A program made the position numbers and the translations under genes. Below are positions 24,301 to 37,613 of a stretch of DNA of 64,000 nucleotides, piece after piece. Location: assembly GCF_006345805.1 (NCBI RefSeq), contig NC_043001.1, positions 28,148,001-28,212,000 on the forward strand, read 5' to 3'. The notes under the pieces are model-generated. The model searched no databases. It was not told where the DNA came from and saw only the letters and a list, made by a program, of their open reading frames with translations. Position 1 is the first letter of the stretch, and the number at the start of each line of letters is the position of its first letter. This stretch comes from Octopus sinensis (Eukaryota).

Positions 24301-25684
24301 CCGACAGAATTACCAACAAAATTGACGAAATTGTTAAATCATTGAATGAAATTGTTAAATCATTGGATGGCCGTATATGGTGGCGTTGGGTTTTATCAGA
24401 ATTGGCAAAATGTCTAAGTATATGTCTAAATATCAAATAGCGTTAACTCTGTCAACTGGTCAGCATATTAAACAATGTATTCCATTGTTATTTAACTCCA
24501 ACTAGTCCTTGATCCAGCAGGCTGATAAGTTAAATCAACCCGGCTGTTGCTATCCTATAATTTTAGGAAGAAGGTTACAACATTGTCTAACGTGTTCTTA
24601 TGTTGATAGTGACAGTAGCATGTGATTTGAGTAAGAATTAGTTATTATATTTAGCAGTTGGAGTGACTGTTTAGAGGATCCCTCGTTGCATTTCACTGTT
24701 GTAGTTGATAAACAGTATAAGTGGATAACGTTCCAATGGCAGGGAATAGAAACTGTCATAGTCGATAGAGTGCGCCAGAAAGAATGTCCCCCGTATTTGT
24801 TCTGGCTTGAAATCCCGCCAAGACCAATTTTTGCCGCCTTTTGGGTCACTAAAAATATACTAATCCAGGACTGTACGAATGTCAAATTGGATGCCTTAGC
24901 GTTCTGAGAACAAATTCCACTCTGGACTATTTGGTTTATAGATTTAATCAATCGTCCAGTTTTAACACCATCATCTGGCACCTTGTGTACCTTTAGTGGA
25001 GCAGTCAGCTTGTAGCGTAGCTAGAATGTGTCCCCCAAGCTGGACCGCCCGACCTGCTGGCTACGCTGCTGATTCAGGCTAGGTCATCGGTTTGAGGATA
25101 CCTTCCTCCAACTCCATCAAGCAGTCTGAAAGACCCTGAAAAGGATCATGAACACTGACGACACTCGACAAAAAATAAAGCTCAAGAAAGCTCTAATGAA
25201 AAAAAGAGACAAAATTTAAGGGCGCAATTCCGCAAGAAGAATATGAAAATTATGGATTTTCTGAGATCCAGAACGCTCCGAAGCATACGTTATTTCTCTG
25301 CTTTATCTCATCTTGCCTGGTCACTAATCACTGGTATACGTCCATACAGAAGGTATCGGTCTTGCGCATCTGAAGGTATCCTGTCAAGAATTATAAACAA
25401 CAACAGCAGTAAAAGAAACAGTGTGATAGAAGACGTCATAGAACCAGGAATGGTGTGTATAGAAACAATACTTTCACAACAGAACTACTAGCTTTGGGAT
25501 TAAATACATACCTCATTGAAAGAATGCATGACAGTCAGACATGCATATAGACAGACAGGCAAACAGACTGAGAATTAGATCGATCAATCGATTGATAGCT
25601 AAATAAACAGACAGACAGACAGATAGATGGCTAGATGGATAGATAGATAGACAGACAGATAGACAGATAGATAGATAGATAGCG

Positions 25685-25715
<31 letters not shown>

Positions 25716-25799
25716 TAGAGAGAGGCAGTAGACAGATAGGTAGATAGGCAGACTGATAGACAGAAAAGAAGATGAGGCGAACAAGGAGATGGGACTGCC

Positions 25800-26119
25800 T
25801 TCACTTACTTTGTAAGCCTAGTACTTATTCTAATGGTCTCTTTTGCCAAACCGCTAAGTTACGGGGACGTAAACACACCAGCATCGGTTGTCAAACGATG
25901 TTGGGGGGACAAACACCGACACACAAACATAAATACACATATATTTACATATATACGACGGGCTTCTTTCAGTTTCCATCTACCAAATCCACTCACAAGG
26001 CTTTGGTCGACCCGAGGCTATAGTAGAAGACACTTACCCAAGGTGCCACGCAGTGGGACTGAACTCGGGACCTTGTGGTTGGTAAACAACCCACTTACCA
26101 CACAACCACTCCTAGGCCT
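25800..26119 (-). mobile_element. SINE family A, 3'-shortened
   Basis: Colinear with 7301-7701. Confidence 0.9.
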
Positions 26120-26894
26120 ACTACTACTACTACTACTACTACAACAATAATCGTATAATAATGGAAAGAAAGTAGACTTTTCTGTGACATAACCGAGCTT
26201 CATTATAGAGATATTTGTACGCATGTTTACTAGGTTGTTTATTGTCGTTAGGAATAGGATGGTGGGAAATCTTATCGATAAGAGAAATTAAGCATTTCTG
26301 GCGGGCACAAATCGCAGGGACCGTTATAAACGGATGAAGAGCATTGAAGTTTTAACTAATTAGATCGGATTTACTACTATTCAACAATGCCAATGGCATC
26401 AAATGAAAACTTCTTTATATTTCAATTGAAAGGGAGAGAAGAAAAAAAATTCAGGAAAACGATAAATACGTTTGGAATAAAATATTTTAAAAAATAGAAA
26501 GAAAATCTTAAAAAATATCCCCTTTTTAAAAAAAAAGAATAAAAACACTGCAGAGAAACAAATTTAAACAATAAAGTGTATAGATTTCCAAAAAGGAAAC
26601 CAAGAAATTTATATCAATAAGTAAAGCGACACAAAAGAAAATTGTTGAAAAATAAAAGAAAAATTGTACCGTCTCTTTGGCTGTGATGAAATAATTATTT
26701 CCTTCTGCTGTAGTTTATTTATTTGCTGTCTTTGTCGTATTTTATTTTACTTTTTATTGGTTGTTTGTTTGTTTATATTTTCTTGGACTCATTCCCAGGA
26801 TTAATAGTCTAGTATAATGATGTGATTGATACATTTACCAAATGAGAGGAAAATGGAAAAGAAAAGAAAGCTAGTTCCATAGCATCTTTCCTTC

Positions 26895-26947
<53 letters not shown>

Positions 26948-26993
26948 TATATATATTATATATATATATGTACATATATATATATATACATAC

Positions 26994-27050
<57 letters not shown>

Positions 27051-27792
27051 CGCACATGCACACACACATATGTACACACACACATATATATGTACTTATA
27101 CATATATCTTTATATCTGCGCATTTGTGTATACACACACACATATAAATATATACATACATATCTATCTATCTATATATGTGTGTGTGTGTGTGTGTGTA
27201 TGTATATATATATATATTATATATATATACATATCAAATATGTACTTGCATTCATACATATATACGTACATGTCTTCGTTTAGACACATATACATGCAAC
27301 CATACACATATATATTAACTTTTTTGTCCCTGTCCAAGGAATTTTAATTGAGTATGAATCAATTTTAGAGATGAAGGAATCTATCGGAAAAATACGCAAT
27401 TTAAATTGTTTGAATATATTTTAGTGTGTTGATAGGTGTGTATAAAAGTATGTATTCTGATAAGTATATGTAATATGAATCCACAGACACACAACCGCAC
27501 AAGCGTGTACACACAGTGAGAGATTGAATGAAAAATGTAGAGAACAAAAAGAGAAAGTGAAAGATAGCTAACGTAAATGCAACTTCATACACACACGCTT
27601 CTATATGTGTATGTGTGATGCGTAATTAAAACAATTTAGTTTCGGTTCGGACTTCCTTCTCTAATTTTTTTCGTTGTCACTTCGATGCACAGAGATGATC
27701 TGACATTACTTTACCCTAGCCCAGTATGAAAATGTAAGCCATTGCCTTTGCGTAGTAATAGTTATGCAAAACACTAACAAATACCCATTATT

Positions 27793-28104
27793 GTTTCTTT
27801 ATTAGCCACACAGGGCTGCACAAAGACGGGACAGATTACAAAGTAGAGCTTTTCTTTTGGGGGGAGAGAGGAAAAGAAAGGTGGGTTAGGTTTTCGATCA
27901 AAAGGGATCGTAAAAGGGAAAGAAGAAAAGAAGGGGGGGGAAACGATCAATAGGGATCATGTATCACAGTGTCATGGTGTAAAGTGTAAAGGGGGCAGCA
28001 GATAAGGTTTATCCGTGGGAAGAAAAGCCCACGGAAAAGACCACGGTAACCTCGGTCAATGATGTTACATTTGTTACATTTGTTACTAACATGTTACATT
28101 TGTT
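27793..28104 (-). mobile_element. 5'-truncated LINE-like 3' end (family E) with 20-bp TSD
   Basis: Ends ccctgtgtggctaataaagaaa on the minus strand; TSD actaacaaatacccattatt at 27773-27792 and 28105-28124; other copies at 39564-39735 and 44603-44863. Confidence 0.8.
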
Positions 28105-28814
28105 ACTAACAAATACCCATTATTATCTTGTATTTAAGAGTGTTTGTGTTTACTTAGCCAACGATTTTCTTTTGCTTTCTGCTTCAACAAGTCAGCTTTG
28201 TCGATGTCAAAGACAAGAATAACCCCTTCAAGATCTGCTGTTAACACCAGGCACGTGTCTTTGAATTGTTGGCTAAGACTTTAGCTATCTCAATTGTTCC
28301 AGATTCCGCTACCTTTGTTAAACGAATACCGTTCAATCTATAGTGGAATAGTGCTTCACTATTTTGATTGTCATTGTTCATTATTCTTCACTTTTTCCAG
28401 GCAATCTCCGAACTTCAATTTGTCAGCACATGGAAGGAAGAGCAAACGATATTACCAACCAAAGGAATCTCGTAGTTTTGGACTGCATTCTTCAGATCTA
28501 TGTACAGATTCGATCTGGCTGTAGCCTTAAACTGATCATAAAAATCTGTTGTGTCTTTCAGATCCATCAGGATTGCTGCCACATACTTTCATATCCCCAC
28601 TGTTAGGTTTGGCATATGCACTTGAAACCGTTTCTAGCAACTTTAGTCGATATTCAGGAATTGAAATAACAGAAAGAGAATGTATCGATTACTTACCATA
28701 AACTCTGACTCTCTCTCTCTCCCTCCCTCCATCTCTGTCTCTCCTCTCTCTCTCCCTCGACCTCACTCTCCCCTCAATCTCTCTCCCCTCTCACTCACTA
28801 TTTCTTTTAATTTC

Positions 28815-28849
<35 letters not shown>

Positions 28850-29524
28850 TTTCCTTCCCGATTTCTTTATGTCTCAGTTTAGCAATCACTCTATGATAAG
28901 ACCTGGTTCACATTATTCCCGTTTGCATTTCTCCCACTCTAATAAATATTTAAACCTCTTCTTCCTAGTGCTTAAAACCATCTTCTTGCTTCTTGTTTTA
29001 CAACCAATCAACGCCAATATATTCATCCCATTCTTTGCCCATGCTTACCTCCTTATTCACATGTGCACATATGAAAAAAACTTTACTCTAATAAACACAA
29101 CCATTACTAATAAAGCTTATTGTATCCCATGTTGTAATCGGCGACAGATTCCCACATTCCTCTTTCTGCTACCCACCGCCTATGTTTCTTTCCCGTAGAC
29201 TTAACTTTCTTTTATATCACACTACATCCATCTCCTTTTTAGCAGCATTCAGATACACACCGTTGTCCCTTTCATTGTGCACACCTCGCCGTTTCATTGC
29301 TATATCTTTGTTATTCCCAGTGTTTTATTTAGATTCTTTATCAACCGTTCAATGCTGTATGGTTAACAGTAAACTTTAGAATCTGAGTACATGGCAGACG
29401 CATTGTAACTAAGCATTTTAGTCCTCACCCCTTTCAATCTTTAGTACAAATAACGACTTCAAATTTGACTGAAGCGGTAATGCACAACCCAGTGTAATGC
29501 ACACACACATACACACACACACAC

Positions 29525-29912
29525 ATTGTGGAAGCACTCCGTCGGTTACGACGATGAGGGTTCCGGTTGATCCGATCAACGGAACAGCCTGCTCGTGAAA
29601 TTAACGTGTAAGTGGCTGAGCACTCCACAGACACGTGTACCCTTAACGTAGTTCTCGGGGATATTCAGCGTGACACAGAGAGTGACAAGGCCGGCCCTTT
29701 GAAATACAGGTACAACAGAAACAGGAAGTAAGAGTGAGAGAAAGTTGTGGTGAAAGAGTACAACAGGGATCACCACCACACCCTGCCAGAGCCTCGTGGA
29801 GCTTTAGGTGCTTTCGCTCAATAAACACTCACAACGCCCGGTCTGGGAATCGAAACCGCGATCCTACGACCGCGAGTCCGCTGCCCTAACTACTGGGCCA
29901 TTGCGCCTCCAC
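29525..29912 (-). mobile_element. SINE family C, full length
   Basis: Head matches 23243-23435; 3' end runs into (TG)n. Confidence 0.88.
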
Positions 29913-29939
29913 ACACACACACACATACAAATATATACA

Positions 29940-30001
<62 letters not shown>

Positions 30002-30459
30002 TATATGCATGTATGTATGAATGTATACAATTGTATATATGTATGTGTGTGTACGTGTCTATGTGTGTGTACACACGTACACAATAAGTGCATGCACACA
30101 CTAAGAGGCTTATACAGAAGTATAAATGCATGTGCTTGTTTACAACGAGGACGGGTAAATATGTGCACACACACACACACAAACATACACACACAATTTA
30201 TATATATTTCATATATATATATATAACGTGTATGTATATATATATATATATATATAACATGTAGTAATATATATATATATATATATATATATAACGTGTA
30301 TGTATATATATATATATATGTATATATATATGTGTATGTATATAAAACAGAGTTTGTGTGTTTGTGTGTGCGTATGTTCCTTATGCATTCGAAGAGTGTA
30401 TGTGTGTGTGCGTTTATGTGTGATAATTTTAAACGGGAGAAAATAAAACCTTACCTTCT

Positions 30460-31777
30460 TCCAGTGTTGCAACTCGTGTAATTGCAGCTACCGACTTCAG
30501 TGGGGGAAGAACTGTTCATTCCATGTTCAAGCTCCCTCTAAACCTCGCAATGAAAGAATCTCAAGTGTGCAACATTTCCAAAAACTCTGCAATGACAACA
30601 GTTCTTCAACAAACTTGCCTCGTCGTTTGGGATGAGTGCACTATGTCACATCGTGGAGCTCTAGAGGTACTTGACCGTACCTTTCAAGACATAAAAAATG
30701 CAATACCACGCTCATGGGAGGAGTAACAGTTATTCTTGTAGGAGATTTTCGTCAAACATCGCCAGTTATCCCCAAAGGATCATATGCTGATAAGCTCAAC
30801 GCATACTTAAAAAATCGTACCTTTGAAGTCATGTGACAAACCTTCATCTTACAAGCAATATCAGAGTGATCGTCCGAGCTCCTTAAGATTGGAAATGGGA
30901 TATTAACATTCAACTCAAGACTTCAAGTACATGATAGATGCGATCAAATGATACTTTCTCTTAAGGATCTAATAGATAAAGGATTTCCTAATTTATCTGT
31001 CAAGTACATCGATGTAAACTGGGTATCTGAAAGAGCTATACTGGCTCCAACTAATGAAATTGTTGATAAACTCAATCATGAACTTCTTTAGAAATTAATA
31101 GACACATCAGAAATGACTTTTTAATCAATTGACAACGGTCGATCAATAACCTTTTGAATTTCTGAACACATTTAAACCTACTGGGATGCCACCACATAAA
31201 TTGACACTAAAACTGGGTGCACCTATTATGTTGCTTAGGAACCTTTACCCATCTCACCTGTGTAATGAAACACACTTAATTGTTACTTCCATGAAGCCCC
31301 ATGTCCTAGAGGTAAACATTTATAACAGGTAGTCACAAAGGTGAAAATGTCTTTATTCCAAAAATTCCTCTCATACCTAAAGATGTTCCGTTTGAATTTA
31401 AGACAATCCAGTTTCCAGTGAAACTAAATTTTGGTATTTTAGTTAACAGGGTCAATTCCTCAAGGTAATTGGGCTTGATCTCTCTACTACATGCTTCTGT
31501 TATGGACAACTCTATGTTGTTTGCTCGCGAGTTGGAAGCAGCAACAATTTATTCATTTCGACACCAACAAAAAATTACACAATGAAGATTGCTTACGCTG
31601 AGGTGCTTCAACATTGACAGATTTTCAGTTCGAAATCCGATTATCATTACAATTGCGGTATATTTTAATAGAATATAGATATTTTGAAATAATTATGAGA
31701 ATATATCTTTATATATATTGTTTACTAATCTGAATAAGTACAGCAGTAACCCGAGCAACGCCGGGTCATTCAGCTAG
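30460..31777 (+). mobile_element. Helitron 3' half: decayed PIF1-like helicase plus canonical 3' terminus
   Basis: GGRTVHSMFKLP, VVWDECTM, VGDFRQT.PV, LKLGAPIMLLRNL, QFPVKLNF, GQLYVVCSRV; hairpin ACCCG-agcaacgc-CGGGT (31749-31766) then CTAG|T (31774-31778). Confidence 0.93.
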
Positions 31778-31813
31778 TATACGTGTGTGTGTTTGTCTGT
31801 GTATTTGTGTTTG

Positions 31814-31863
<50 letters not shown>

Positions 31864-31984
31864 ACGTACATAATAACTGCATCCACACACTAAGAGGCAT
31901 ATACAGAAGTATAAATTCATGTGCTTGTTTACAGTGAGGACGGTTAAATAAATTTATATTCACACCATACACGCATGATGTACA

Positions 31985-32027
<43 letters not shown>

Positions 32028-33057
32028 ACACATATATATACTTGCACACAAGACCCTGTAATATATATGTATGAATATAAACGTATACATATATACACAC
32101 ACCTGCGATTCTTTCTGTAGAACCTTCGCTGAATATGAAGTCATGTAAGGGCAGTTATAAGTACCGCAATGATTTTCACTAATTAACGTAATTAACGGAA
32201 CACACATGCTTCCTTCCCAATGTCAATCGGCCAAACTTTCACAGTTTTTTGGGGTTTTTTTTTCTTCTTCAGCAGAATCACTTCTTGCAGACAATTATTT
32301 TAATTAATTGCTTTTTGGCCTCCAGATTACCAAACACACAAATGCGCACGTAAATACACACACACACACTTGAGCTAGAGGATATACACGTATTTCTGCA
32401 TGATTATATCCGTGTGTATATCTGGTTGTTCTGTGTGTGTATGTGTGTGTATGTGTGTATAGTTTCATGGGTAAAGGAAGTGAGCTATAACAAATTTTGA
32501 ATCTTCTCTGCCAATAGTCGTCGGGGCTCAGCTGTTGTCTAACGTTCTAATGACCAAATCAGCTCAAGGACATCATCGTTAGAAATATACCTAAGTAATA
32601 AAAGACAAATAATGGGTGATGCTAAAGGTGACAGATTTTCGAAGTGGTCTTCTCATCAGAGTGAAGCAACTACTTAATGGAGATAATTATAACTGTTGTT
32701 GTTGTTGCTATTTCTGTTATTGTCGCTGTAACTGTTGTTAAAGCGGTTAAATTCAGGAAAACTATGATCATTCATATCCTCAAACATCTAATTTATTTAT
32801 GTTTATTTTTGTTTGTTTCTAATATGGGCCTACGTTCGTTCCTCTTCCAAAATAACTGTGTGTCAATTTAGGAAATTTAGCTGCAATTTCTTGCACATTA
32901 AGCGACCGTGTAGTGGTTTCCTATTGTTCTCCTCTCTGTCAGTTCAGTAAAAGTAGAGAACTATTTCCATAGTGATATGTTAAGCTCACCTTCGACTGAG
33001 TGATATAGTCTCAACAGTTTGAATCACAACACAAAATAAAACCATATTTTATATTAT

Positions 33058-33812
33058 TTTCTACTCTCGGCACAAGGCCCGAAATTTTTAGAGAGGGGAC
33101 CAGTCGATTAGATCGACACCAGTTCGCAACTAGTACTTAATTTATCGACCCCCGAAAGGATGAAAGGTAAAGTCAACCTCGGCGGAATTTGAACTCACAA
33201 CGTAACAGCAGACGAAATACCTATTTCGTTACTCCCCAAAGGGGCTAACACAGAGGACAATAAGGACAGACAACGGATTAAGTCATTATATCGACCCGAG
33301 TGCGTAATGGTACTTATTTAATCGACCCCGAAAGATTAAAGGCAAAGTCGACCTCGGCTGAATTGAACTTAGAAAGTAGCGGCAGACGAAATACCTATTT
33401 CTTTACTACCCACAAGGGGCTAAACACACAGAGAGGACAAATAAGGACAGACAAACGGATTAAGTCGATTATATCGACGCCAGTGCGTAACTGGTACTTA
33501 TTTAATCGACCCCGAAAGGATGAAAGCAAAGTCGACCTCGGCTGAATTTGAACTTAGAAAGTAGCGGCAGACGAAATACCTATTTCTTTACTACCCACAA
33601 GGGGCTAAACACAGAGAGGACAAACAAGGACAGACAAACAGATTAAGTCGATTATATCGACCCCAGTGCGTAACTGGTACTTAATTTATCGATCCCGAAA
33701 GGATGAAATGCAAAGTTGGCCTCGGCGGAATTTGAACTCAGAACGTAACGGCAGATGAAATACCGCTAAGCATTTCGCCCGGCGTGCTAACGTTTCTGCC
33801 AGCTCACTGCCT
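33058..33812 (-). mobile_element. SINE family B tandem multimer (one head, four bodies)
   Basis: Junction aaataggtatttcgtctgc repeated at about 33220, 33394 and 33579; units about 175-185 bp. Confidence 0.9.
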
Positions 33813-34532
33813 TACATTGCCAAGATTATTGACATTCTAGCACGATATAAGCATACTGGGTACTTCGATATTTTGTTTGTGGCGAAACAATTATCTCCTT
33901 TAGACCGCTTTTTATTAAATATGATGCTTTCAATTCAGGTCTAACGCTTCAGTTGGTTCCTGTATAAATAGAGAAAAATGACAAATGTTGATCACTTATT
34001 TCCATCATATCAAACAAGCTGAATAAATTCATGAATGCATGAAACTTACAGCGATTAATAGGACGTTAATGTTATAATTACTACAGCAGAAAATTGTAAT
34101 ATATTTGACATCGAGTAGCAACGGTAGTGTTTGAAAACAGTTGTAGGTATACTGTTGAAAATAATATAGGACTATAAGATTACAAGAATACAGAAAATAT
34201 ATATAATGTTACAAACAAACATATTTGCCCAAACACAACCTCATTGTTATATGCCGGCAAAAGCATACACACGAGCAAGTGTGGGGAAAGTTTTATATTA
34301 ATACATCAAAGCATAGGTGTCTGATACTGTAAAATGATTCAGTAGTATAAATTTAATTGAAATAAAGATATTTCGAATTCTGAAATATATAGTTAGCTTT
34401 AAGTTCCTGGACATGATATGATATACTAAACGGACGGAGCAGATTAAAATTCTGACAGATTATTGTATATATATTACGTTTATATATTCGTTGTGCAAGA
34501 TTTTTTATGTGAAGTCGTTTGTTGAAACAGAC

Positions 34533-34949
34533 ATTGTTGTATTTCGGAATGGTCATTTTGCCAGTTTAGCCAATAAAAACACACGCACTATATATTTGGT
34601 GTTACTTTGCTTAAGTGTTATTTATTTTTTACATTAATCTTAATCTTATTTCGGCCAGAGTTCTTTTGTCACACTCCTGTGACCGCATCAGTGGTCCTTT
34701 GTTTTCTTCTTATTTGTGTTTCTCCTTACTAACCGTCAGCCATTTTGTTAGTAAGGAGGGACACAAATAAGAAAGAAGAAAACAAAGGACCACTGATGTG
34801 GTCACAGGAGTGTGACAAAAGAACTCTGGCCGAAATAAGATTAAGATTAATGTAAAAAATAAATAACACTGAAGCAAAGTAACACCAAATATATAGTGCG
34901 TGTGTTTTTATTGGCTAAACTGGCAAAATGACCATTCCGAAATACAACA

Positions 34950-34951
<2 letters not shown>
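34533..34951. mobile_element. 420-bp near-perfect palindrome (about 200-bp arms, 13-nt spacer) with decayed hammerhead in each arm
   Basis: Arms 34533-34733 and 34747-34951; right arm GGACCA-CTGATGT-G-GTCAC(AGGAGT)GTGAC-AAAAG-AA-CTC|TGGCC at 34787-34831. Confidence 0.88.
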
Positions 34952-35025
<74 letters not shown>

Positions 35026-35870
35026 GCTAGAGAGATATATTATCCGGGCGGATACCGCGGTGGCTCTCAGTTATGCTCCAGGTTACGGCTAACCACAGCG
35101 ATTAGTATCTAGCGTCTATGATTTGTCACTCACGCTGTAAATTATCTCAATGGATTATTCCGTGTTCGCTTCTCTGGATGGTAATATTGTCTGGAGTGTA
35201 TATAAACATTAATTGTAACAATAGAGAATATAGACACTTGTTCATCTTCAAAATTTATTTCCTTTTATTTCATAATTTCCTACAACAGATTTCTATGGTT
35301 ATTTCGAGCTACACGTGTTTCCACTGTACAGAGTATGGGCCGTTGCACATGCAACCGGACATAATTTTCTGTGTAGCTTCCTTCCGACTCCAGCTAGTCT
35401 CAAAGCGAGCTGAACACAGTTAGTTGTTTGTTGGTTGGGGTTCAGGGAGAAGTGAGGGGAGGTTGTTTTGAATCTGAGATCTGATATGTTTGTAAGCTTG
35501 CGTGGTTGACCTCGGTTTCGCACCAGTTACTGGCCGAAGTCAGGATTCTATTGAGATCGAGGTTAATGTTACTGTTTTGCCAGACTTCGTTGTGCATTGT
35601 AGTAGTTCAAGTGTAGTCCTTGTTTCGTAATTTTTTATTTATTTATTCACAAACTTGCCTGTGGTGGACAGACCCTCAACGCTTTTCTATTTGAACTTTT
35701 TGAAAATCAGTGTAAACTGTGAAACAGGTTAAAGCTTTAGATATATTAATAAAAAATATTTTAACTATTCTCAGTGCATTTTCAACTTCAGTTTTTCCTA
35801 TACTTCTACCCGTGTAGAATAAAATAATTTTATATTATATATATAGGCAAAAATATACAAATAAATTAAC

Positions 35871-36265
35871 GTAGGAGTGGCTGTGTGGTAAGTAGCTTGT
35901 TTACCAACCACATGGTTCCGGGTTCAGTCCCACTGCGTGGCACCTCGGTTCAACCAAAGCCTTGTGAGTGGATTTAGTAGTCGGAAGCTGAAAGGACCCC
36001 GTCGTATATATGCATATATATAGGTGTGTGTGTGTGTGTGTGTATGTGTGTGTGTGTGTATGTTTGTGTGTCTGTATTTGTACCCCCCAACATTGCTTGA
36101 CAACGATGCTGGTGTGTTTACGTCACCGTAACTTAGCGGTCGACAAAAGAGACCGATAGAATAAGTACTAAGCTTACAAAGAATAGGTCGTGGAGTGGAT
36201 TTACTCGACTAAAGGCGGTGCTCCAGCATGGCCGCAGTCAAATGACTGAAACAAGTAAAAGAGTA
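35871..36265 (+). mobile_element. SINE family A (small internal deletion)
   Basis: Colinear with RC of 7301-7701. Confidence 0.9.
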
Positions 36266-37209
36266 CCGAAATACCAGATTGCTAGAAATATGAGTCAACG
36301 CTCCAAACACACAGATTTGCCTATTTAGGTTAAAGTTGCCGGCCACTTTATTATTATTATTGTTATTTTTGATAATGGTGTGTATAATAATAATTTATTA
36401 TACACACACACACACAAACACGTCTATGTCTCTTTCGATATCGATCTAGCAATCTCCCAAGCCACACATACACACACGCTTTCATACACACACACACACA
36501 TATACACTCACGCATATACATATATTGTATCATTTAACAACGTCGTTTCAGCATCAGAAGGTGTTCACATTGTGTACCACTTCAGATCGGCATTTCTAAG
36601 GCCAAAGTATTGTTTAGCCAGCTGGCTTCTGGCCTCTTCAGTTACGACCACACACTAGAGTTATCCCGTGGTTGCCTAAGAGAAGAGTTTGTTCTACGAG
36701 AGCGACGTAGTCATAGGCGTGTATACAATTGTTTGCTCAGGAAAAAAACCCACTTGATGTCATTCCTTGAAGAAGATATTCCGTGGCTGCTGAGTAAACT
36801 CAATTAAGAAACAAACATAGTGAATTCCTTTTATAGATCTTATTATCGTCTGTATTTCGATGAATTTCTCTTCTACCCTCCGGCATTGATAACACGTTAA
36901 GTTAACCGTATTGTTGTATTGGTAACCGGCTTGACACACGCGCACTGTGATTAAAACAGACACACACACACTTTCACAACAATAAATCTATATGTCACTC
37001 TCTTTCTCTCCCTCTTGCTCTTACTCTCTCTCTCTCTCTCTGTATGTATTTATATATGAAACCATATATACACACATATAAACATGTATATGTATGTATG
37101 CGCGTGTGTGTGTACATATATATGTATATATATATATGTGTGTGTATAAATATATATATATACGTGTGTGTGCGTATATATATATATAATAAAACAACGT
37201 ATATATACG

Positions 37210-37247
<38 letters not shown>

Positions 37248-37354
37248 CATAGATACACACGTACACACACACACACACATAAATACGGAGAGAGAGAGAG
37301 AGAGAGAGAGAAAGGGGAGGGAGAGAAAGAAAGAAAGCTAGAGCTACACAGATA

Positions 37355-37613
37355 TACGTGGTCTGATCAATAAGTATCCGGACTGTTGCCATAGTAACGA
37401 AACTAAAACATGTAAAGTAAAGCCACTTGTCAGGAATTGACGTTGAACTCTGCTGTGCATACACACCAAGCTTTAACATTCTAGTTTCACTTCTGCTGTT
37501 TACAATAGTGCTTGGAAGGAAGGTGTGTAGCATGTGATCGTCGTATTGACCATGACAGAGAAAGTTGCATAAAGAATCTGCATCAAATTTTGCCAAAAGC
37601 TTGGCGATACCTG
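37355..37613 (+). mobile_element. Mariner 5' end (TIR plus start of transposase)
   Basis: TA+cgtggtctgatcaataagtatccggac TIR; MTEKVA*RICIKFCQKLGDTC. Confidence 0.75.

Noticed and set aside
28850-29400. Pyrimidine-rich plus-strand ORFs here and at 53150-53640
   Set aside because: They look like very old antisense LINE remnants; no motif clear enough to call.
35505-35555. Minus-strand GAAAC-CGAG-GTC with upstream CTGAC
   Set aside because: Core reads CUGACUU and stem I does not pair; not distinguishable from chance.
36615-36655. Minus-strand CTGAAGA-GGCCAG..CTGGCT-AAAC
   Set aside because: Lacks G12, a cleavage triplet and stem I; kept only as a possible relic.
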